DNA from: Obrimoposthia wandeli
Taxonomy: Eukaryota
Length of the DNA stretch: 64,000 nt
Direction: 5' to 3'
Assembly (NCBI GenBank): GCA_977020255.1
Contig: CDROCS010000410.1
Span: 434,001-498,000 of the forward strand
The position numbers and the translations under genes were made by a program. The first letter of the stretch is position 1. Each line of letters begins with the position of its first letter. Of this stretch, positions 41,980 to 51,585 are shown in pieces. The notes below the pieces were generated by a model. The model searched no databases. It saw nothing but the letters and a program-made list of their open reading frames with translations, and was not told where the DNA came from.

Positions 41980-43054
41980 TTCGCTACCTAACGCTAAACC
42001 TAACTCTGTACCTAATTCGTCAACTCATTCATTATTGCGTTTATTACCCAGTTATCGTTTCCTCGGAGCGGTATTATTATTGACGCTAACATTATTATTG
42101 GTCGCGTTAACTCACATAAGTATTGGCGCTCGTCCAATAGTTTGGGCTGATATTTTTCAGGCTATTTTCGCTTTTGACAGCCAACAATTTGTACACCACA
42201 TCGTGATAAAACAAAGGCTACCACGTCTGATAGTCGCACTGAGCTGCGGAGCAATGTTAGGTCTTGCCGGCTTTAGTGCTCAAAAAATGTTTCAGAACCC
42301 ACTAGTCTCATCTTCTACGCTTGGAGTGAGTAGTGGTGCAGTATTTTTCAGTTTGTGTGCCATTTATTTCTTTAATGTATCTGAAAATGATATTTTTATT
42401 CCGGCTTTTCTCGGAGCCTCAGTAGCCGGACTTTTTACCCTGTCGATGACAGAAATGATGAACCGCTCGAGTATTTCTAAAAACTTACATATTGTGTTGG
42501 CGGGCAGTCTTGTGTCTATGCTGTTTTCCTCACTCAGCAGCTTTTTAATGCAGCTCGACCCACTACGTTTTGCCAATGTCCAAGACTGGTTGTTGGGTGA
42601 TATTAGTCCCGCTGACTTCACCGATCTCAGTCGAGTTTATCCTCTGGCATTATTGGCGATCGGGGTACTGTTATGTCAGGGCCGATCCCTAGATGTAATG
42701 ATCATGGGGGAAAAGCAGGCGCACAGTGCTGGGGTTAATGTCACCCGAACGCGAAACATCACCTTGCTGTGTATTTTTTTACTGGCTTCATTAGTTGTTT
42801 CGATTGTCGGTCCTATCGGTTTTATAGGCTTGGTGGTACCCCATATCAGTAAGCTTTTTGTCAGCGAGGTGGGTAATAAAGGCGCTTGGTTATCTATGCT
42901 CATCGGGGGACTATTACTGAGTCTATCGGATTTACTCGCTCGTATCATCATTGCCCCCAAGGTGTTAATTGTCGGCGGCGTCAGCGCATCTATTGGCAGT
43001 ATTGTCTTTCTATGTTTACTGTATTTGATGGTTCGGGATAAACGCATATCATGA
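41954..43054 (+). CDS. FecCD-family iron-siderophore permease
   Basis: RLPRLIVAL, QNPLVS, VGPIGFIGLVVPHI; start uncertain. Confidence 0.9.
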   Translation: MFQRTSLPNSLPNAKPNSVPNSSTHSLLRLLPSYRFLGAVLLLTLTLLLVALTHISIGARPIVWADIFQAIFAFDSQQFVHHIVIKQRLPRLIVALSCGAMLGLAGFSAQKMFQNPLVSSSTLGVSSGAVFFSLCAIYFFNVSENDIFIPAFLGASVAGLFTLSMTEMMNRSSISKNLHIVLAGSLVSMLFSSLSSFLMQLDPLRFANVQDWLLGDISPADFTDLSRVYPLALLAIGVLLCQGRSLDVMIMGEKQAHSAGVNVTRTRNITLLCIFLLASLVVSIVGPIGFIGLVVPHISKLFVSEVGNKGAWLSMLIGGLLLSLSDLLARIIIAPKVLIVGGVSASIGSIVFLCLLYLMVRDKRIS

Positions 43055-44097
43055 ATATATTTAACGATCAAAATGTGATAATCAGCCCCGCTAAAGGGAT
43101 CAGTTTACCCATTTATAGACGCACATGCTGGGTACTTTGTGCATTATTGGCATTGTTAAGCTTGAGTTTTATTTGTAGCCTTAAACTAGGTTCTGTCAGT
43201 GTTTCTTGGTCTGATGTGTACGCGGTGGTGGGGTTTGATATAGCGCTTAATGACGCCACTTCAACCATCTATGAACTGCGGTTACCTCGTATCATGGGCG
43301 CAATTTCTGCTGGAGCATTGATGGCGTTATCCGGTTATTTATTACAAACTGCCGCACGTAATGCCTTGGCTGATCCTGGTGTATTAGGGTTATCTGACGG
43401 CGCAGCGCTGTCAGTCATTGTGCTGTATGTCATTTTTTCACAGGTCTCATTAACAGCGAGTATTATTGCCAGCTTCTTGGGGGTATTCGTTACCGCACTC
43501 GTGGTGCTTTGGTTTGTTCACAAAAACCTAAACGGTACATTTATCGTATTAGTCGGTATTGCTGTCGGCGCGGTTATGTCTGCGTTCAGTGATTTACTTT
43601 TGTCATCCGTTACCATCGAAGATATGGCTTTTCTAATGGCTTTTTTATCTGGCAGTTTTGTCTCTTTAGATCTGGCTAGCGCTGGCTTTCTAAGCGTTTG
43701 GATGACGCTGGTTGTTGCGGTATTTTTATCATTAAGCCGTTATATTAATCCGCTCAATTTTGGTTATCAACACGCCATGTCATTAGGTGTTGATGCCAAA
43801 AAGTATTACATCTTTATTATCATACTCGCCGTATTTGCGATGGCACCTGTGATTGCATTGGTTGGTTCTATCGGTTTTATTGGTCTTATCGCTACTTTCT
43901 TAGCAAAAAATATTATTGGTTATCGCGGTACCGAATTAGGTATTGTCAGTATGCTATTAGGGTCAATCATGACGCTTTGGGCTGACACGCTTGGACGGAC
44001 ACTATTTGCTCCCATCATGATTAATGCCGGTGTATTCATCGCGTTAATCGGTGCGTTATTTTTTATTCTCATGACGCGTTACATTGTTAGGCAATAG
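43051..44097 (+). CDS. FecCD-family iron-siderophore permease
   Basis: RLPRIMGA, RNALADPGVLG, VGSIGFIGL, ADTLGR. Confidence 0.9.
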   Translation: MNIFNDQNVIISPAKGISLPIYRRTCWVLCALLALLSLSFICSLKLGSVSVSWSDVYAVVGFDIALNDATSTIYELRLPRIMGAISAGALMALSGYLLQTAARNALADPGVLGLSDGAALSVIVLYVIFSQVSLTASIIASFLGVFVTALVVLWFVHKNLNGTFIVLVGIAVGAVMSAFSDLLLSSVTIEDMAFLMAFLSGSFVSLDLASAGFLSVWMTLVVAVFLSLSRYINPLNFGYQHAMSLGVDAKKYYIFIIILAVFAMAPVIALVGSIGFIGLIATFLAKNIIGYRGTELGIVSMLLGSIMTLWADTLGRTLFAPIMINAGVFIALIGALFFILMTRYIVRQ

Positions 44098-44120
44098 CCT
44101 GAACACTATTTAGGATAATA

Positions 44121-45089
44121 ATGAAATTATTAACATTTGTGCAAGGCGCGTTGTTGCTTAGCTTATCGCTACAATCAATTGCTGGCGATACCATGATGAT
44201 CACAGATCATGCCGGTAACAAGGTCGAGATATTAAAGCACCCAAAACGCATTGCATCACTGCACGTGATGTCGGCAACGTCTATTTTATTAGATGTCGAT
44301 GCGCCAATAGTCGGCACATCTACCTATATTAAATTACCTGAAAACATACCCTACATTCGCGGAGGTGAAGAAGTATTTGGTATCAAGTTTGCCGATACGG
44401 GCTACTTCAATTACGGCAATAAAGGCAGTGATATTGAACAGATAAAAGCATCGAAACCGGACTTGATCATCGGTACGGTCAAATATCAAAAAAAACTATT
44501 TGATAAACTATCTAAAATTGCCCCCACCGTTTTGATTCAGCGTTATACACCGAATATTTTTGATGCTTACCGTGATGTAGCCACCTGGGTTGGTAAAAAA
44601 GATTTGTTCGAACAGAGTTATAGCGACTACCAACAAAAAATAGCTCGCTTCAAAGTTAAATACGCTGATGAATTAGCCGGTAAAACATTTATCTATGCTG
44701 TACCGAAGAAAGGTCAGGCAGAAATTAAGATCCGACAAAATTCGGGAGTAATCACTCAGGTATTATTTGATTTAGGCTTAACTCGACCACCATTTTTAAA
44801 AGATAATTTTGCAGCAGAAGATGCGGGAGCAGAAGTGAGTTCGGAACTGATTGAATCATTAGATGCAGATTGGTTTTTTAGTACTTACACATCGCAGTCA
44901 GGCGCAGGCCCACAATCGATAGACACAGGTTTTGATGATGTCGCACCGGGTTGGCAATTTGCCTTAACGGCTTATCAGAACAACCAATTTATCCGCTTAA
45001 ATCGAGAACAAGCATATACGCCGACGTTTGTTTCTGCCGATTATGTTTTGGCTGCATTAGAACAGCAGATCTTACAAAATAGAAAATAG
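44121..45089 (+). CDS. Periplasmic iron-siderophore binding protein
   Basis: Signal peptide, PKRIASL, EQIKASKPDLII, LSKIAPTV. Confidence 0.9.
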   Translation: MKLLTFVQGALLLSLSLQSIAGDTMMITDHAGNKVEILKHPKRIASLHVMSATSILLDVDAPIVGTSTYIKLPENIPYIRGGEEVFGIKFADTGYFNYGNKGSDIEQIKASKPDLIIGTVKYQKKLFDKLSKIAPTVLIQRYTPNIFDAYRDVATWVGKKDLFEQSYSDYQQKIARFKVKYADELAGKTFIYAVPKKGQAEIKIRQNSGVITQVLFDLGLTRPPFLKDNFAAEDAGAEVSSELIESLDADWFFSTYTSQSGAGPQSIDTGFDDVAPGWQFALTAYQNNQFIRLNREQAYTPTFVSADYVLAALEQQILQNRK

Positions 45090-45245
45090 GAAAGATCGGG
45101 TCGAGATGGCCCTTTCGTTTTCTTTTCTCCACTACTTTTCGTTTTACTCACTGCTTTTCATCAATAGTGAACATTTAAAAGTTCACTATTAATTGGTATT
45201 TTTATCATTTAACGCCTTCCTTGCTTAAAATCCATACAGCTCAAC

Positions 45246-45299
45246 TTGACATACATACACATCTTTATAGAATGAACGCAAATAAGAATGATTCCCAAT
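45246..45299 (+). promoter_or_regulatory. Sigma70 promoter with Fur box for the TonB-dependent receptor
   Basis: TTGACA (45246)-N16-TAGAAT (45268); AATAAGAATGATTCCCAAT (45281-45299). Confidence 0.7.
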
Positions 45300-45398
45300 T
45301 AGATTTACCTTCTAGCTTGGGTGATTAAACTTCCATGCAAAATATGTTAGCGATTAATATATTCAATTGATGTATTAAGCTACAAAGGTTTTATTTAC

Positions 45399-47498
45399 AT
45401 GCAAACTCAAGTCAAATTTATATCTGCCGTTATTGCGACAATCCTTTATTCACAATCGAGTCTAGCCCAGACAACGCCTGCGACTAGCATAGAAACTCCC
45501 CCAGCTGATAGTACAGAAACAATGACAGTGATCGGGTATCAGCAGCACTATAAAATCGATCAGGCACATGCTGCTATGCGCTCGGACGTCTCCTTGTTAG
45601 AAACTCCGCAAATGGTAACAGTGATCCCTGCTGAAGTATTAGAAGATCAGCTAGTCGTGACTTTAGGCGATGCATTAAGAAATGACGCGAGTGTGTCACT
45701 GGGCCGAGTAACGTCAGATCGAGAACGCTTTAGCTTGCGTGGTTTTAGCTTGGAAGAAAATACGAATATCCTAAAAGATGGACATCAGCATTTTGCTAAA
45801 TACCGGATGCCAATGGCATTGATCGATAATGTTGAGGTATTAAAAGGACCATCAAGTTTATTATACGGTCAATCAACACCCGGCGGCATAGTTAACTTAG
45901 TCACGAAAAAACCATCGAATGAAAGTTCGGTTAAATTCGCAGTTAAAGGGGATGACCACGGCTCATTCCGTAACTCAATTGATGCGACGGGCAGCTTAAA
46001 CGAGAATAAAACCATTCGTTACCGCGCTATTTTCGAGCAACAAAACAATAATAGCTGGCGTGAATACCAAGACGGCAGCAACCTAGAAAGTGAATCAGTC
46101 GTTGGTAGTTTAGTGACTGAGTTTGATGTAACAGATGCACTAACGATTGCCTTACATTACGATAAATTAGACGATGTTTCTGGTCAGGACAGTGGCGCGT
46201 TGATTGATGATAATGGCAATGTAATCGGTGGCGATGACACTATTTGGGATATGCCTTGGACTAAGGTCGATGCTCAAAGTGAAAACTACGGTATCGATTT
46301 GACCTATCAAGTGAATTCATATTGGCAAGCCTCGACCGGTTATAACAACCAGCATAACGAACGGGAACGTTGGGAAAGTAAACCACAGACGGGTAAGTAT
46401 GACCCCGCTGATGGCAGTTATGGAAACAAACCTTATAACAAATTAGAAGACTGGCAACAGCAGTCATTCTACTTTGATTTGATGGGTTCACTGGCCACGG
46501 GTAGTATTAGTCATGAGCTATTATTGGGTGGTAACTATCTTTCTTATGAAAAAACATCCTTAAAAGTGAAGGATAAAAATAAGCTCGATGGCAATATTAA
46601 TAATGGCACCATTATTGACCAACCGGTATTAGATTATGCCGATGGTGATGCAGAGAGCGAAGACTATAAATACTATGGTATTTATGTTCAGGACTTAGTG
46701 ACATTAAATGATCAATGGCAGGTATTAGCAGGTGTGCGTTATGACCGTCAGGATAAAAAGAATGCCAATAACAATGCGGTATTACCGAAATTTGGCATCA
46801 TTTATCACCCACAAGACAATGCCTCGATTTATGCTAATTATAGCGAAAGCTTTGAACCACAAGGCCGTGTACTTGATAGTGATGATGCAAATAATAATAT
46901 GGAGTTAGACCCAATTAAGGGTGAAATGTATGAGATTGGTACAAAATGGGAAATATGGGATAATAAGTTAGGTCTTAACGCGGCTATCTTTGATATTACT
47001 CGCAGCAATATTTTACTTAATGAAGGCACAAAAGATAATCCGATCACCACTCAGGGTGGAGAGCAGCATCATCAAGGTGTTGAGCTTAGCGCAATCGGTA
47101 AGGTTAGCTCTGATTTGTCTCTAATCACGTCTGTAATGTATCTCGATGCTAAATATGCGGAACATAATGAATTTGCAGGCAATCGTCCTGAAGATGTGCC
47201 GGAATGGACAGCATCAATTTGGAGTAAATATGCATTCACCGAACAGCTTTCCGTTAATTTAGGTGCTTATTATGAAGGTGAACGTTATGGTGATGCTAAG
47301 AATGAATTCTTAAAAGAGAGTTATATCCGCATTGATTCTGGGATTAATTACCAGACATCAGTTGCCGGTAACGAACTGCAACTTCGTCTTAATGTCGATA
47401 ACCTGTTTAATACCGATTATCTTGGTGGCGGTGAAAATGGCGAGGTTAATGTGGGTGAACCCAGAACCTTTAAATTTGGCGTTAGCTATACGCTCTAA
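45399..47498 (+). CDS. TonB-dependent siderophore receptor (FhuA-like)
   Basis: TonB box ETMTVIG, ETPQMVTV, VEVLKGPSSLLYG, GGIVNLVTKKP, NVDNLFNTDY, GEPRTF. Confidence 0.92.
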   Translation: MQTQVKFISAVIATILYSQSSLAQTTPATSIETPPADSTETMTVIGYQQHYKIDQAHAAMRSDVSLLETPQMVTVIPAEVLEDQLVVTLGDALRNDASVSLGRVTSDRERFSLRGFSLEENTNILKDGHQHFAKYRMPMALIDNVEVLKGPSSLLYGQSTPGGIVNLVTKKPSNESSVKFAVKGDDHGSFRNSIDATGSLNENKTIRYRAIFEQQNNNSWREYQDGSNLESESVVGSLVTEFDVTDALTIALHYDKLDDVSGQDSGALIDDNGNVIGGDDTIWDMPWTKVDAQSENYGIDLTYQVNSYWQASTGYNNQHNERERWESKPQTGKYDPADGSYGNKPYNKLEDWQQQSFYFDLMGSLATGSISHELLLGGNYLSYEKTSLKVKDKNKLDGNINNGTIIDQPVLDYADGDAESEDYKYYGIYVQDLVTLNDQWQVLAGVRYDRQDKKNANNNAVLPKFGIIYHPQDNASIYANYSESFEPQGRVLDSDDANNNMELDPIKGEMYEIGTKWEIWDNKLGLNAAIFDITRSNILLNEGTKDNPITTQGGEQHHQGVELSAIGKVSSDLSLITSVMYLDAKYAEHNEFAGNRPEDVPEWTASIWSKYAFTEQLSVNLGAYYEGERYGDAKNEFLKESYIRIDSGINYQTSVAGNELQLRLNVDNLFNTDYLGGGENGEVNVGEPRTFKFGVSYTL

Positions 47499-47519
47499 CA
47501 GCTTCCTACCTTGTTAGCC

Positions 47520-47551
47520 ACGAGGAGGTTAATTTAAATTGACCTCCTCGT
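47520..47551. terminator. Hairpin terminator between the receptor and LysR genes
   Basis: ACGAGGAGGT / ACCTCCTCGT. Confidence 0.75.
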
Positions 47552-47585
47552 TTCCCTTAAGCACTAAGCCAACTCTCAGACTTGT

Positions 47586-47617
47586 TACATCCCTACATCC
47601 CTACATCCCTACATCAC
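47586..47617. repeat. (TACATCCC)x4 tandem repeat overlapping the LysR stop codon
   Basis: Direct reading; stop at 47609-47611. Confidence 0.85.
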
Positions 47618-48511
47618 CGCACTTTTCTGGCAAAGGAAATCAACTAATACACGCACCCTGCGTGCTTTTTGCGAGTGTTGTGGAAAGTAAATATATAGAC
47701 CTGGATAATCAACCCAGCACTCTTCTAGTATCGGGATAAATTTACCAGACGACAGACCGTCTTGGATCATAGGCGCAACAATTCTGCCAATCCCCAAGCC
47801 TTTTGACGCGGCATCAATCATTAAATCGGTATCATTAACGATCATACTCAATGGCGGAGCTACCCGTATCGTTTCTCCTTTATAATTCAATTCCAAGGGC
47901 GCTAGCTGATTTGAAGGCATATAGCGGTACTGGATTAATTTATGCTGCTGCAAATCTTGCGGGCAACGAGGCATGCCAAAGCGCTCTAGATAATCGGCAG
48001 TAGCAAAAAGAGCCTCTTTCATTTTAGGCATTAATGGCCGTGCAACCATACCCTCTTCGATGCGATGACCAAAGCGTATTCCCGCGTCATAACCTTCCTT
48101 GATGATATTAATTGAAGTATTCGAAACAGATATTTCTAGCTCGATCTCTGGATATAGCGAACAGAATTCGGCATAAATTGGCTCGACAATAAGTTGGTAG
48201 GCAAAACGAGGTACCGTTATACGTACCTTGCCTGAAGGCACTTGACTCAGATCTTTAACGCTCTCTAATGCTAGATACAAAGCATCCATTGCAGGGGAAG
48301 CCTGTCCCATAAGACATCTTCCCGCTTCGGTGAGTTCAATGGTTCGAGTAGTTCGAGTGAACAGCGGCAGACCGAGATGAGATTCAAGCTGCTTTAGCGC
48401 ATTACTCACTGCAGGAGGCGATAATTCAAGTTTACGCGCAGCCCCGCGAATACTGCCTTCTTGGGCAATAGCGAGAAATGTATCTACTTGATTGAAAAGC
48501 GAACCTTTCAT
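47609..48511 (-). CDS. LysR-family regulator
   Basis: FLAIAQEGSIRGAARKL, LFTRTTRTIELTEAG, GYDAGIRFG. Confidence 0.92.
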   Translation of the reverse strand: MKGSLFNQVDTFLAIAQEGSIRGAARKLELSPPAVSNALKQLESHLGLPLFTRTTRTIELTEAGRCLMGQASPAMDALYLALESVKDLSQVPSGKVRITVPRFAYQLIVEPIYAEFCSLYPEIELEISVSNTSINIIKEGYDAGIRFGHRIEEGMVARPLMPKMKEALFATADYLERFGMPRCPQDLQQHKLIQYRYMPSNQLAPLELNYKGETIRVAPPLSMIVNDTDLMIDAASKGLGIGRIVAPMIQDGLSSGKFIPILEECWVDYPGLYIYFPQHSQKARRVRVLVDFLCQKSAVM

Positions 48512-48690
48512 ATTTACGTCCTTATTGTTTCGTATAGCTTAACAGTGCATTCATTATTACCTACCTTATCATTACCAATACATTAATGTAATCTTAGTCA
48601 CAGTTATCTGATGGCCATCAGGACTATAAGCAGACCAAACGTCCCAAGAATAATGGGCATCAATATTAGCTAAAGGCAAAAGGTAATTTT

Positions 48691-49593
48691 ATGAATATCA
48701 ATAATCAATCTGTAACGGTAATCGGTTTGGGCGGAATGGGATCAACGCTGGCATCAGCGTTTCTTAAGGCTGGACACAAGGTGACAGTATGGAACCGAAG
48801 TACTGAAAAGGCGCAAGCATTGGTCGCCAAAGGCGCAGATCTAGCGGAGTCACCAGCAACTGCTATTTCCGCCAGTTCATTGACTATTCTTGCCGTGGTA
48901 GATTATCCCGCAGCGCATGCCATATTAGAACAAGAAGGTGTCGCGAGAGCATTGGAAGGCCGCACTTTAGCTATGATGAGTACTGGCACGGGTGAACAAG
49001 CGAAAGATCTTGCTGAATGGGTACAAAACCAAGGTGCAGAATACCTCGATGGCGGCCTGCTAAGCTATCCGCGTGCTATTGGTGACCCGAGTACTGGCAT
49101 GCTATATAGCGGTAGTAAGCTTGCTTTCGAACAGCATGTTCAAACTTTATCTGCGATGGCGGGTGCACAACAATTTATCAGCGACGATGTGACGGCATCT
49201 AACACGATTGGTTTTGGACTATGGAGTTTCTATTTCGGCTCGCTTGCTGCTTTTTTTGAAGGTGCCGCTTGGGCAGATCGAATCGGTAATATGAATATGC
49301 CCGACTTTTTACCGTCAGCCAAAGCCATGATGGCGACGTTACTTGATGGTATGGAAGATGCTGCAACCCGTATCAGTTCTGAAGATTATTCAGGAGACCA
49401 AGCAAGCGTAGATCTTCACTTACACGGTATGGAACTACTGTCTGGGGCATACTCGGCAGCTGGTTTACCGGCAAAAGTTTCTGACGCTTTTGTGGACTAC
49501 TTGCACATGGCTCGCAAGGCTGGTGATGGCAGTAAAGATGTGGTGACAACCTTTAACGCACTTCGTCAATCTCAAGGTAAGTTAGATCTGTAG
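48691..49593 (+). CDS. NAD(P)H-dependent oxidoreductase, imine-reductase (IRED)-like
   Basis: VIGLGGMG, VWNRS, YLDGGLLSYP..IG, LYSG, C-terminal GDQAS..H. Confidence 0.75.
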   Translation: MNINNQSVTVIGLGGMGSTLASAFLKAGHKVTVWNRSTEKAQALVAKGADLAESPATAISASSLTILAVVDYPAAHAILEQEGVARALEGRTLAMMSTGTGEQAKDLAEWVQNQGAEYLDGGLLSYPRAIGDPSTGMLYSGSKLAFEQHVQTLSAMAGAQQFISDDVTASNTIGFGLWSFYFGSLAAFFEGAAWADRIGNMNMPDFLPSAKAMMATLLDGMEDAATRISSEDYSGDQASVDLHLHGMELLSGAYSAAGLPAKVSDAFVDYLHMARKAGDGSKDVVTTFNALRQSQGKLDL

Positions 49594-49748
49594 GATGTCC
49601 CCTGACCGTAAGTCAGATTAAACATAATATGAAAATATAAGGATACTAAAGAGTCGCTAAAATCATCCGCCCATTACAGACACTAAGTCGCAATGGGCTG
49701 ATGATGGTATTCGAATTGATACTGATACAGCTAATAGTTAACCAATAA

Positions 49749-50858
49749 CTAGCTTTGTAATATCATCAATGGCATAGCAAGTAATTCATCGCCCATACCT
49801 GCAAAGTACCAAATCACGCCAATAAGTGCGCCGACAGTTGTCATATACCAGATAGCAGAAAACAGCTGTCCGTATTTATCCAGCGGTAATAAATGACTCT
49901 GATGACGGTTACGCCATTCAAATATGATCTCGACACTACCGATTAACAGCATGAAACCAAGCAGCGCTAGTCCTAAGCTATAACTGATAAATATCCCCGC
50001 TACTGCACCAGCGATACAAGCCACCAGCCCAACAATACTGTTCATCGAAAAGCTAATACTTTTAAGGATATGACCACCATCGAGCGGTAAAATCGGTAAC
50101 AAGTTAAAGAGATTCAGTAAGGCGTTAAAGCTCGCGAGTCCAGCAAAGAATATTTCCCCTGTTGCCCAGTAAGCTATAAGTGATAACAGCGACATGAGCA
50201 AGCCAAAAGTCGGTCCCATGATCGAGATCACAACATCTTGCCAGCGCGTATTAATCTTGTCATCGCCTAAGGCTAAACCACCCATAAACGGGATCAGGTA
50301 AATGCCTTTGGTCTTCATGCCAAAATATTTCATCGCTTTAACATGTCCGTACTCATGAAATACTAAGCAAGCGATTAAGGAGAGTGCGAATTCCCATGAA
50401 AATAACCATGAGTAAGCCGCTAGACTCGCACCAGCTAATACGACCTTGATAACCTTGGCACTTTTTAATAACTTCAGCGCCAATGAGCCTAAGCCAATTA
50501 AGCTAAACTTTTTCTGTACGGCAACCGGATGTTGCGGGGTTTGTCGTTCAATATCTTTGGTGTCGCGCTGACCTTCGGTAATAAGCTGTTCGTTCACGTA
50601 CAGCGCATAATCGATTTTAAACGGTTGCCAGAGCAGATCAGTGGTGAGCTTGACGATAATGTTAGCAGGCGGCTGCGAGTCTAATGCCTCATTACTATGT
50701 TGCATGAGTTCAAACTCGTGGGTTTTACTGCCCTCGTTATCACTAGAAGCGTTGATTACTGAAACGAGTTTGTCGCCCCAAAATACTTGTTGCCAGCCCG
50801 CTAACGAGCCTTCTAGCCGTAGCGGTTTGCCAAGGCAGTCAATGTTTAATAATTCCAA
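49749..50858 (-). CDS. Site-2 protease (M50 family)
   Basis: HEYGH zinc motif, NLLPILPLDGGHI, multiple TMs. Confidence 0.9.
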   Translation of the reverse strand: MELLNIDCLGKPLRLEGSLAGWQQVFWGDKLVSVINASSDNEGSKTHEFELMQHSNEALDSQPPANIIVKLTTDLLWQPFKIDYALYVNEQLITEGQRDTKDIERQTPQHPVAVQKKFSLIGLGSLALKLLKSAKVIKVVLAGASLAAYSWLFSWEFALSLIACLVFHEYGHVKAMKYFGMKTKGIYLIPFMGGLALGDDKINTRWQDVVISIMGPTFGLLMSLLSLIAYWATGEIFFAGLASFNALLNLFNLLPILPLDGGHILKSISFSMNSIVGLVACIAGAVAGIFISYSLGLALLGFMLLIGSVEIIFEWRNRHQSHLLPLDKYGQLFSAIWYMTTVGALIGVIWYFAGMGDELLAMPLMILQS

Positions 50859-51082
50859 GTTAAGCCTTTGTATTTATGCGGCGGTAAGGCCGAGTAAATA
50901 GAATTTAAGTTACTGCCGTGACAGTATGTTTGTCGATGGCCGAGTATAACAAAAACCCACTTAAATCCCAATGTAGCTTGGTCGTCATAACGCGATTAAC
51001 AATGGCTATAAATCACAAATAGATGATTCTAAGCCTTCTAATACATGCGATCTGTGTTTGATTTTACCAGCCATTACAAAGG

Positions 51083-51364
51083 GCCTTCTTTGATAAAGCG
51101 ATAGGCAGTAGTGGATTACCAAGTAAAGTTGTTATCGATAAAAGTGAAAGGTAAAATGCATCAATGTTTAGGATGGAAGTCTTGGATTGGTGCAGAATCA
51201 ACCTTGGCAGGTGTTTAAGTCTGCGCCATGATTAAGCAAGGACAGATGATTAACTCAGAAGAAATTACATCATGGGTGCAGTTTTATGCTTTAGCTGCAT
51301 AATTGTATCTGAGGAAAAGTGCCACTTTAATTTAGAGCCCACAATCGGAGTTTGCAACAGAACC
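51083..51364 (+). mobile_element. Truncated, degenerate IS6-family element (3' part plus right inverted repeat)
   Basis: AFFDKAIGSSGLPSKVVIDKS (51083-51145); after a deletion LGWKSWIGAESTLAGV*VCAMIKQGQ...QFYALAA* (to 51302); TTTGCAACAGAACC at 51351-51364 is an IS6-type terminal repeat. Confidence 0.85.
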
Positions 51365-51489
51365 CTATTTTGGACGCTTACCCACCAATACCGCCGAAAC
51401 AGGTTACGGTTAGTTGTGTACATCTCCCTTCGTCAGGGTGATTTCACTTTCTTGCAAGTGAACGGGTTTACCAGCTTTTCTGGGCAAAC

Positions 51490-51524
51490 AAAAAAGACAG
51501 CCTCAAGAATGGGGCTGTCTTTTT
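51490..51524. terminator. Intrinsic terminator downstream of rtxA
   Basis: AAAAAAGACAGCC...GGCTGTCTTTTT. Confidence 0.85.
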
Positions 51525-51585
51525 ATCATATTAAAAAGGTTGTATGCTTAACAGCGCAATAAATTACACTGCTAATAATATAAAG

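Noticed and set aside
51272-51562. 96-aa plus-strand ORF downstream of rtxA
   Set aside because: It crosses the IS6 remnant end, its inverted repeat and the rtxA terminator; a chance open frame.
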